A stretch of 64,000 nt of DNA from Candidatus Methanomethylophilaceae archaeon. Lineage in GTDB: Archaea; Thermoplasmatota; Thermoplasmata; Methanomassiliicoccales; Methanomethylophilaceae. Location: the NCBI GenBank assembly GCA_944320495.1, contig CALUHR010000013.1, forward strand, positions 487,931 through 551,930, written 5' to 3'. Of the stretch, positions 31,613 to 39,258 are shown in pieces. The notes under the pieces are model-generated. The model saw only the letters and a list, made by a program, of their open reading frames with translations, searched no databases and was not told the DNA's origin. The position numbers and the translations under genes were made by a program. The stretch's first letter is position 1. Every line of letters starts with the position of its first letter.

Positions 31613-32074
31613 ATGGGCGGTATCGACAACGAGGCCCTGGCGAAGACGCTGGTATCGTTCCCGCGCAAGGTGAACCAGTGCATGAGGCTCATGACCGCCA
31701 GGTACCTGAAGGACACCAGGATCCGCCCCCACTACCTAGTCTTCATATCCACGATCGGATGCAACGACGGGATATCACAGAAGGAGCTCAACGAGCACAT
31801 CGCGTACGACAAGTCGTTCGTCTCCACCGTGGTCAGGGAGCTGATCGAGCTCGGGTTCGTCACCAACGACGGCTCGGGCAAGACCCACTCCCTCCATCTC
31901 ACGGACAGCGGGAGGGACGTCTTCGCCATGAGCGGGATGATGTTCGCCCTGCTGGACAAGAGCCTCTTCGATGCGCTGACCGAAGAGGAGAAGGAGGTCC
32001 TCAGCAGGATCATGGAGAAGATAGACACCCGTATCGACGAGATCATCGCGGAATACTCCAAGGAAGATAGTTGA
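31613..32074 (+). CDS. MarR family transcriptional regulator
   Basis: ISQKELNE...DKSFVSTVVRELIELGFV...LHLTDSGR...LTEEEKEVL. Confidence 0.85.
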   Translation: MGGIDNEALAKTLVSFPRKVNQCMRLMTARYLKDTRIRPHYLVFISTIGCNDGISQKELNEHIAYDKSFVSTVVRELIELGFVTNDGSGKTHSLHLTDSGRDVFAMSGMMFALLDKSLFDALTEEEKEVLSRIMEKIDTRIDEIIAEYSKEDS

Positions 32075-32271
32075 GTACAGAACTATCGTCAAACGAGGCC
32101 TATTTCATCGGTCTCTTCTAAACTATTTATAAATTATTTCGAATAATGTATAGAATTATTCTACTACATGAACTCCATCTGATTCTGTTTAGTTGATTAG
32201 GCAAACCCGAAATTTGATATACAACATCTTTCTCAAGGGAGTTTTTGTAAAGAATCCTGGGAGGGATTCAC

Positions 32272-33876
32272 ATAGCTGAACAGATAACCTACAAGAACAT
32301 CGATCCGAGGGTGCGCAACACCATCATGATCGGTCTGTGCGTCGCCATGCTGGGCGCATGCTTCGACGGGACCATCGTGGGCACCATCGGAACCAAACTC
32401 GCCGAGGACCTCGGAGGCCTCAGCCTCTACGCGTGGATGACCACCGCGTACCTTCTCTGCGAGACCATCATGATCCCCATCGCGGGGAAGCTCTCCGACA
32501 TCTACGGTAGGAAGCCCCTGTTCCTTATCGGTCTCGGGCTGTTCGCCATCGGTTCGGTATGTGCCGGTCTATCCACCAACATGGAGATGTTCATCGCCTG
32601 CCGTGCCGTCCAGGGTATCGGCGGAGGTATTCTGATCCCGGTCGCCACCGCGGCCGTCGCCGACCTGTACTCGCCCCGTGAGAGGGCCAGGATGCAGGGC
32701 ATCCTCGGTGCGATCTTCGGTGTCGGGAGCGGAATCGGACCTCTCATAGGCGGATACATCGAGGGGGCCATCAGCTGGCACTGGTGCTTCTACATCAACA
32801 TCCCGCTGGCGCTCATCGCCTTCATCCTCACGATCAAGAAGTTCCCCACGCCCATCAGCGACGACGAGAAGCACATCGACGTCAAGGGCATAGCCTTCCT
32901 GTCCCTGCTCCTCCTGGACGTCCTGCTCCTCATCGAGTTCGGCGGCAAGGAGTTCGAGTGGGTCAGCGTCGAGTCCATCGCCATGATCGTCATCGCGATC
33001 GTCCTGGCCGCGGTGTTCGTCAAGATCGAGCACAAGGCCATCGATCCCATCCTGGCGCCTCATCTGATCCACAACAAGACCGTCGTCATGGCGGCGATCT
33101 TCATGGCCATCTTCGGAATCGGAATGATCGGGGCCATGATGTTCACCAACATGCTGGCCGTCGGAGTCTTCGGACTGACGACCCTCGAGGCGGGACTCTG
33201 GTCCCTGGCCATGGTCGCCGGAATGATGATCACATCAATCTCCTCCGGAGCACTCGTCGAGAGGACCGGATACAAGGCATGGCTGATCGCTGGTCCGATC
33301 CTGTGCTTCCTCGGACTGTTCTACCTGTCCGGAATGACCGTCACCCCCGACATGGTCACGCAGATGGCCATCAATCCGGCCTACCTGCAGGAGACGTTCA
33401 TGATGAGGTACCTGTCCGGAACCTTCGTCCTCGGCCTCGGCCTCGGATGCATGATGTCCGTCGTCATGTCCGCGGTCCAGAACAGCTCCAAGCCGACCGA
33501 GATGGGAATGACCACATCCTCGGTCAACCTGATCAGGTCCATCGGAACCACGATGGGTACCGCGATCTTCACCATGATCATCAACGGGCGTATCGCCGGC
33601 GAGCTGCAGAGCTTCGTTCCCGAATCCCTGCCGCAGTGGGTCTTCGATGCCATCCCGCACGACACCGGGGTCATCGGAGCCCTGGCGGACCCCAATTTCA
33701 TGATCTATGCGCCCCAGATCATGACGGCGTTCAGCAACAGCGTCGACTTCTCCTTCCTGGCAGGAGGATGCATCATCCTCATCCTCGTCGTCGTCGGGAT
33801 CTTCTTCAAGGCTCAGAGGCCCGAGGAGGACGAGGAGCTCAAGGCCGTCATCGAGAGGATCGAGCACGGCGAGTGA
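32272..33876 (+). CDS. MFS drug:H+ antiporter, DHA2 (14-TMS) family
   Basis: GKLSDIYGRKPLF motif A, CRAVQGIGGG, GPLIGG, WCFYINIP. The ORF track starts at GTG 32311; an in-frame ATA at 32272 follows RBS GGAGGG. Confidence 0.88.
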   Translation: MAEQITYKNIDPRVRNTIMIGLCVAMLGACFDGTIVGTIGTKLAEDLGGLSLYAWMTTAYLLCETIMIPIAGKLSDIYGRKPLFLIGLGLFAIGSVCAGLSTNMEMFIACRAVQGIGGGILIPVATAAVADLYSPRERARMQGILGAIFGVGSGIGPLIGGYIEGAISWHWCFYINIPLALIAFILTIKKFPTPISDDEKHIDVKGIAFLSLLLLDVLLLIEFGGKEFEWVSVESIAMIVIAIVLAAVFVKIEHKAIDPILAPHLIHNKTVVMAAIFMAIFGIGMIGAMMFTNMLAVGVFGLTTLEAGLWSLAMVAGMMITSISSGALVERTGYKAWLIAGPILCFLGLFYLSGMTVTPDMVTQMAINPAYLQETFMMRYLSGTFVLGLGLGCMMSVVMSAVQNSSKPTEMGMTTSSVNLIRSIGTTMGTAIFTMIINGRIAGELQSFVPESLPQWVFDAIPHDTGVIGALADPNFMIYAPQIMTAFSNSVDFSFLAGGCIILILVVVGIFFKAQRPEEDEELKAVIERIEHGE

Positions 33877-33900
33877 GTCCCTCCGAATGAAACGGTTTAC

Positions 33901-33925
33901 GGCCCGCGGTCCAGTGCCGCGGGCC
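33901..33925. terminator. Hairpin between convergent MFS and flavodoxin genes
   Basis: GGCCCGCGG-TCCAGTG-CCGCGGGCC, perfect 9-bp stem. Confidence 0.55.
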
Positions 33926-33937
33926 GGTTCTCGAAGA

Positions 33938-34363
33938 TCAGGATGCTACGAGCCTTCCGAGGCTCCTGCAGTTCTCCGCGTCCTCGTTGCCCGGCGACAG
34001 GTTGGCGATGACGCCCTCGTTCACCAGATCCATGCCGTCCGCCCTGCAGCGGTCGGCCCACTCCCTCATCCACTGCCCGTCGCCCCAGTCGTAGGAGCCG
34101 AAGATCCCGACCCTCCTTCCGGACAGGCTCTTCTCCACGGATTCGAACATGGGCTCGAAGACGTCCTCCTCGAGGATCTCGTCCCCCATCGCGGGGCATC
34201 CGAACGCGAAGGCGTCGTAGCCGGTGATGTCCTCCGGTCCGAAGTCCGAGGCCTCGATGATGCTCACATCTGCTCCGGCGCCCTTCGCGCCCTCGGCCAC
34301 ATAGCCGGCCATCTCCTTCGTGTTCCCGGTGTCGCTCCAATACACAACAGCGATTCTCGCCAT
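33938..34363 (-). CDS. Flavodoxin (short chain)
   Basis: VYWSDTGNTKEMA, FGCPAMGDE, FGSYDWGDGQWM. Confidence 0.93.
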   Translation of the reverse strand: MARIAVVYWSDTGNTKEMAGYVAEGAKGAGADVSIIEASDFGPEDITGYDAFAFGCPAMGDEILEEDVFEPMFESVEKSLSGRRVGIFGSYDWGDGQWMREWADRCRADGMDLVNEGVIANLSPGNEDAENCRSLGRLVAS

Positions 34364-34367
34364 GATA

Positions 34368-34410
34368 TTAGGGATTCCTAAAATCGTATATAATATTTAG
34401 GAATGCCTAA
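34368..34410. promoter_or_regulatory. Two TTAGG-N4-CCTAA palindromes flanking the flavodoxin TATA box
   Basis: TTAGGGATTCCTAA (34368-34381) and TTAGGAATGCCTAA (34397-34410) around TATATAAT (34387-34394). Confidence 0.65.
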
Positions 34411-34447
34411 TAATAAGGATAAACAGGGTTCAGGCATACGGCTTAGC

Positions 34448-34999
34448 ATGGGATTCTTGGACAGGAGCCGTGCGGGCGTACCGACCAGCACCGAGGATGA
34501 GGACATCGACGAGTTCATCGGGGCGATGTCGCGTGCGGATTCCCTCTGCTGTCGCATCAACAGGGAGGACGACCCGGTGGTCCGCAGGGCCCTTTTGGAG
34601 GAGCTCTTCCGCAGCGACCTCGATCCCGGGACAGACGTCAGGCCGTCCTTCAGATGCGACATCGGCCAGAACATCCATCTCGGCAAGGGTGTGACGGTCA
34701 ACTACGACTGCGTCTTCCTGGATTCCGCGGAGATCTGGATCGGGGACCACACCCTCATCGGCCCCAAGGTCTGCATAGCGACGCCGAGCCACGACTTCCC
34801 CGTGGAGGAGCGCAGGAAGGTGAGGACGGTCGCCAGGCCGGTCCGCATAGGCAATGATGTATGGATCGGGGCTTCCGCGACCATACTGCCGGGGGTCACC
34901 GTCGGCGACGGCGCCGTGATCGGTGCTGGCGCAGTGGTCACGCACGACGTCCCGGCCGGGGAGAGATGGGCCGGGGTCCCCGCCAGGAGGATGCTCCGA
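34448..34999 (+). CDS. maa: Maltose/galactoside O-acetyltransferase (hexapeptide repeat)
   Basis: [64 protein letters not shown] at 34997-34999 overlaps the next ATG; canonical stop at 35065. Confidence 0.85.
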
Positions 35000-35808
35000 T
35001 GGAGCCCCTCAGGGTCACGATGGTCCCGTTGCACTCCCGCGTCGGGGACATCGAGGGGAATCTAGCAAAGATGCTGAGCCGCTGCGACGAGGCCGAGGGG
35101 AACGGGGCGGATCTGGTCTGCTTCCCGGAGCTGTCGCTCACGGGGTACGCCATGCCCCACAGCAGGAGCCTGGCGATGCCCGACGATCATCCGGCCCTGG
35201 TATCGATGTCGGAGAGGACCGAGGGCTCGGACCTCTCGATCTGCTTCGGCTACGTGGATGCGGAGGGGCACATAGTCCAGGCCGTGGCGTCGAAGGGCCG
35301 CATCATGGGGAGGTACGGCAAGACGCACCTCGGCGAGAGGGAGCAGGGCGTCATGACGCCCGGGGATTCCTTCCCTATCATGGACATCGGGAAGGCGAAG
35401 GTCGGGATCTCGATCTGCTGGGAGGCACATTTCCCGGAGATCGCGGGAATGTACGCGCTGGACGGGGCAGACATCATCCTCATGCCGTTCGCATCCGGGC
35501 TCGGCGGGGCAAGGAGACAGTCCTCATGGGACCGGTTCCTCCCGGCCCGCGCATATGACAACACGGTGTTCGTCGCCGCGGTGAACGCGTTCGGCGACAC
35601 CACCGCGGGAACGATGATGGGCGGAGGGGCGGTGGCCTACAACGTCCGCGGGGAGACGATCGGCTACTCATACGGCTCCCAGGTTCTGACGGTAGATCTA
35701 GATCCGGAGCAGATGGACCGCATACGCGCGGGGCACTACGAATCGATGAGGGATGTGTACTTCCTCGACAAGAGACGTCCGGGGCTTTACGGACGCATAA
35801 CAGAATGA
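34999..35808 (+). CDS. Carbon-nitrogen hydrolase (nitrilase superfamily)
   Basis: [13 protein letters not shown] (Glu), YGKTHL (Lys), ICWEAHFPE (Cys) catalytic triad; ARAYDN. Confidence 0.88.
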   Translation: MEPLRVTMVPLHSRVGDIEGNLAKMLSRCDEAEGNGADLVCFPELSLTGYAMPHSRSLAMPDDHPALVSMSERTEGSDLSICFGYVDAEGHIVQAVASKGRIMGRYGKTHLGEREQGVMTPGDSFPIMDIGKAKVGISICWEAHFPEIAGMYALDGADIILMPFASGLGGARRQSSWDRFLPARAYDNTVFVAAVNAFGDTTAGTMMGGGAVAYNVRGETIGYSYGSQVLTVDLDPEQMDRIRAGHYESMRDVYFLDKRRPGLYGRITE

Positions 35809-35885
35809 TGAGGTAGGCACCCGGCCGCGGATACTATGGATACGGCAGCTACCGGCCGGGCTGAGTGACTTGAGCTGTGTGGCTT

Positions 35886-35993
35886 TCAGACGAGTTCCCT
35901 GATATCGACCCCCTCGTCCGCTTCGTCCAGGTCCAGCATCGCCGGGTCGTCGTACGCGCTCCCGAGCCTTCCCACGAGCCTCCTGATGTCCAT
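35886..35993 (-). CDS. Putative 35-aa acidic small protein
   Basis: MDIRRLVGRLGSAYDDPAMLDLDEADEGVDIRELV-TGA; host-like codons (AGG, G/C third positions); GGAG upstream; own TATA at about 36058-36066. Not in the ORF track. Confidence 0.5.
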   Translation of the reverse strand: MDIRRLVGRLGSAYDDPAMLDLDEADEGVDIRELV

Positions 35994-36039
35994 CCTTCCA
36001 CTCCCTGATATCCGGTCCCCTGCTTTGCAAGGGATTGAT

Positions 36040-36081
36040 TTAGGATATCCTAAAGAGTATATAAAAATTAGGAATGACTAA
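36040..36081. promoter_or_regulatory. Second pair of TTAGG-N4-(C/A)CTAA sites flanking a TATA box
   Basis: TTAGGATATCCTAA (36040-36053) and TTAGGAATGACTAA (36068-36081) around TATATAAAAA. Confidence 0.6.
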
Positions 36082-36122
36082 ATAAAAAATGGGTAAGGCG
36101 AGGGGGCTGATCCCCCCGTTTG

Positions 36123-36494
36123 TCATTCGGCCTTCTTCTCGGCCGGTTTCTCCCTTTCGGGGACGGTGAAGGTGTCGACGGTCTTCGTCGAATCCGGTGC
36201 CGTGTATCCAGGCGCCATGGACAGGCAGCTCTTGGGGCAGGAGTCGGCGCAGTAGGAGCACTGGATGCAGTCCATCCTGTCTATCGTCACCGTCCTCGAG
36301 GCCTTGTCGGCGCGGATGGCGCCCGTCGGACACTTCTTCCCGCAGATGTTGCACAGGATGCAGTCCGACGGATCGAACTCCAGGTGGCCGCGGCTCGCCG
36401 AGGGATATTCCCTCGGGGCGGCTGGGTAGGCCTCCGTCGCAGGCTTGTGGAACAGGTTGGACCACAGCTTCCCGCTCGCTTTGAGGACGCCCAT
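36123..36494 (-). CDS. echF: Ech hydrogenase 2x[4Fe-4S] subunit F
   Basis: CILCNICGKKCP and CIQCSYCADSCP; last gene of the operon. Confidence 0.88.
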   Translation of the reverse strand: MGVLKASGKLWSNLFHKPATEAYPAAPREYPSASRGHLEFDPSDCILCNICGKKCPTGAIRADKASRTVTIDRMDCIQCSYCADSCPKSCLSMAPGYTAPDSTKTVDTFTVPEREKPAEKKAE

Positions 36495-36498
36495 GATA

Positions 36499-37578
36499 TC
36501 ACCGCTCCGTGCAGCTGATGCAGGGGTCGATGGTGATGATGATCATCGATACATCCTGCATGCCGCATCCCTGCAGCATCCTGGTCATCGTCGGGATGTT
36601 GATGTTCGTCGGGGTCCTGACCCTGGCGCGGTCAAGGAACTTGGTCCCGTTGCCCTTCACATAGTAGTACGCCTCGCCGCGAGGCTGCTCCACCCTGAAG
36701 GCGAACTGTCCCGCGGGCGGATTGCCCTTGACTGGGACGCGCCACTCGCCCTCCGGCAGGTCACCGAGGGCCTTCCTGATCAGCTCTATGGACTGGGAGA
36801 CCTCGTCCACGCGGACCTTGCACCGGGCGTAGCAGTCACCCTCATCATAGAGGATGGGTTCGAACCCGAGGGCCTGATAGGCCTCGTCCGCGCTGCGGGC
36901 GTCGTTGTCCACGCCGGATCCGCGGGCGGTCGGTCCGACCCCGCAGAGCTCCACCATCTCGTCCTTGGAGATCTGACCGACCCCGATGAGCCTGTTCCTG
37001 ACCGACGAGTCCAGGAAGAACACCCTGCGGACCCAGTCCATCTCCTTCTCCACCTCGTCGCACACCTTCAGGATCATGGAGATGTGCTCGGGGGTGAGGT
37101 CGCAGGCGACGCCGCCGATCCTGCAGTAGGAGACGATGACCCTGCCGCCTGTGACGGTCTCGAAGACGTCGAGGACCTTCTCGCGGATCCTCCAGCACTG
37201 CATGAACAGGCTGTCGAAGCCCATGCCGTCGGCGAGGAGGCCGAGCCACAGCAGATGGCTGTGGACCCTGGAGAGCTCGTGGAACACCACCCTCAGGACC
37301 TTGGCCCTGTCCGGCACCTCCACGCCCATCAGCCCCTCGACGGCGTTGACGTAGCCGTAACCGTGGCCCATGCTGCAGATTCCGCAGACCCTCTCCATGA
37401 TGTAGGTCATCTGCTGGTAGTCGCGAGTCTCCACGAGCTTCTCCAGACCGCGATGGACGTACCCGATGGACGGCACCGCTCTGACCACGGTCTCGCCGTC
37501 GAGCTCCAGGTCCAGATGCACCGGCTCCGGGAGGGCGGGATGCTGTGGGCCGAACGGGACTATCGTTCTCTTTCCCAT
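36499..37578 (-). CDS. echE: Ech [NiFe] hydrogenase large subunit E
   Basis: PFGPQHPAL, YVHRGLEK, ERVCGICS, EQPRGE, IDPCISCTER. Confidence 0.93.
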   Translation of the reverse strand: MGKRTIVPFGPQHPALPEPVHLDLELDGETVVRAVPSIGYVHRGLEKLVETRDYQQMTYIMERVCGICSMGHGYGYVNAVEGLMGVEVPDRAKVLRVVFHELSRVHSHLLWLGLLADGMGFDSLFMQCWRIREKVLDVFETVTGGRVIVSYCRIGGVACDLTPEHISMILKVCDEVEKEMDWVRRVFFLDSSVRNRLIGVGQISKDEMVELCGVGPTARGSGVDNDARSADEAYQALGFEPILYDEGDCYARCKVRVDEVSQSIELIRKALGDLPEGEWRVPVKGNPPAGQFAFRVEQPRGEAYYYVKGNGTKFLDRARVRTPTNINIPTMTRMLQGCGMQDVSMIIITIDPCISCTER

Positions 37579-37940
37579 CGCTCCGCCTCCTTCGCCTCAG
37601 GCCCCTTCCAAGGGGTTTTGGTGCTGGTCCTGAAGAAGTTACCCTTGTAGTCGAGTTGACTGTCCTCGAACTCCACGTCGAACAGGTCGTGGATCTCGTT
37701 CTCGTAGACGAACGCCGCCCAGTATGTCGGCGTGATGCTCTTGACCACCGTGCCGAACGGGACGGTCACGTTGTAGTTCACCAAGGAATGGTCCTTGTCG
37801 AAGCTGTACACGAGCTCGGTGGACCCCTCGCCCGTTATCCCGCAGATCTGCACCATGCGGTAGCCCTCGGCCTTCAGCTCCTCGGCCTTGCCGGGGACGG
37901 CCTCGGGGCTCAGCTTCTTGAACCTCTGCTCCTGGAACAT
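37578..37940 (-). CDS. echD: Ech subunit D (NuoC-like)
   Basis: ELVYSF, SITPTYWAAFVYENEIHDLF. CGA at 37580-37578 overlaps the echE ATG; canonical TAG at 37560. Confidence 0.85.
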
Positions 37941-38374
37941 CGCTTCTCCCCCTCCATCTTGGCGCGCTTCTCCTCGAGGACGGCGACGCCCTTCACTATG
38001 CCGTCTATTATCGATTCCGGCCGGGCGGCGCATCCGGGGACGTAGACGTCCACCGGGATGACCTTGTCCGCCCCGCCCAGTATGTTGTAGCAGTCGCGGA
38101 AGATCCCGCCGCTGCAGGCGCATATGCCCACGGCGACGACGACCTTCGGCTCTGGCATCTGGTCGTATAGCTGCCTCACGACCTCCTTGTTCTGGTCGTT
38201 GACGGCTCCGGTGATCAGGAAGATGTCCGCCTGCTTCGGGTCCCCAGTGTTGATGACCCCGAACCGCTCGGCGTCATAGATCGGGGTGAGACAGGCCAGC
38301 ACTTCTATGTCGCACCCGTTGCAGCTGGATGCGTCGTAATGCAGTATCCACGGTGACTTCGATGTGCAGCTCAT
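37940..38374 (-). CDS. echC: Ech small subunit C (NuoB-like)
   Basis: SSCNGCDIE, VVAVGICACSGG, VYVPGCAARPESI. CGA at 37942-37940 overlaps the echD ATG; canonical stop at 37910. Confidence 0.9.
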
Positions 38375-39258
38375 GCTATCACCAGCAGCGCGATGATGTT
38401 GCCCATGCCGAGGACCAGGGAGACGATCCATCCGCTCTTCAGGGCGGTCTGCCACTTCATGCGGGCGAATCCGTTGTCGATCCAGATCTCCAGGATGTAG
38501 GCGAGGACCGCCACGACGGCGCCGATCACGACACCCGTCCATTCACCGTTCTGGAAAAACAGCGCCACCATGCCCAGGAGCATGATATTCTCGTACCAGT
38601 GAGAGACCTCCATCATCGCATAGGTGCGACCGGAGAACTCGGTGGCGACCCCGCGGACTATGTCCTGATGGGCGTGATGGGACATGCTGAGGTCGAACGG
38701 CGACTTCCTGAGCTTCATGGTGAGGATGAACAGGAATCCGAGGAAGATCCCAAGCATGGGGAGGATCGCCATGTCGCCGAATCCAGCTATGTCCCTGACG
38801 GCGAACGAGCCGCCGTCCTCCCCTCCGGTGAACAGGTAGTAGGCAACGGCCATAATCAGAATCATCGGCTCGTAGGCCATGGCGACGTAGATCTCCCTCT
38901 GGGCCCCGACCTGTGCGAACGGGGATCCGGAGCAGTACGCCGCCAGGACCAGGAACGTCTCGCCCAGCGTCAGGGTGAAGACGATCAGCAGCAGGTCCAT
39001 GCCCGCGAAGAACATGGCCCCAGTGACGACTATCCAGAACAGGTAGCACGCCACATAGAAGTCCTGGACGCGGTTGGACGTCCTGCGCTCCTTGGCGAGC
39101 AGCTTGCGGACGTCGTACAGGGGCTGCATGACGGGCGGTCCCTGCCTGCCCTGCATCCTGGCGGAGATCTTCCTGTCGATACCGGCGAGGATGCATCCGG
39201 CGACAGGCGCCAGAGCAACGAAGATCACGGCGAACAGCAGGAGTGTCCAGTTGCTCAT
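38371..39258 (-). CDS. echB: Ech membrane subunit B (NuoH-like)
   Basis: GIDRKISARMQGRQGPPVMQPLYDVRKLL, KSPFDLS, HQDIVRG. Confidence 0.9.
   Translation of the reverse strand: MSNWTLLLFAVIFVALAPVAGCILAGIDRKISARMQGRQGPPVMQPLYDVRKLLAKERRTSNRVQDFYVACYLFWIVVTGAMFFAGMDLLLIVFTLTLGETFLVLAAYCSGSPFAQVGAQREIYVAMAYEPMILIMAVAYYLFTGGEDGGSFAVRDIAGFGDMAILPMLGIFLGFLFILTMKLRKSPFDLSMSHHAHQDIVRGVATEFSGRTYAMMEVSHWYENIMLLGMVALFFQNGEWTGVVIGAVVAVLAYILEIWIDNGFARMKWQTALKSGWIVSLVLGMGNIIALLVIA

Noticed and set aside
35698-36030. 110-aa - strand ORF starting at TTG near the small-gene promoter
   Set aside because: Junk-like composition and antisense overlap with the nitrilase end. The 35-aa frame fits codon bias far better.
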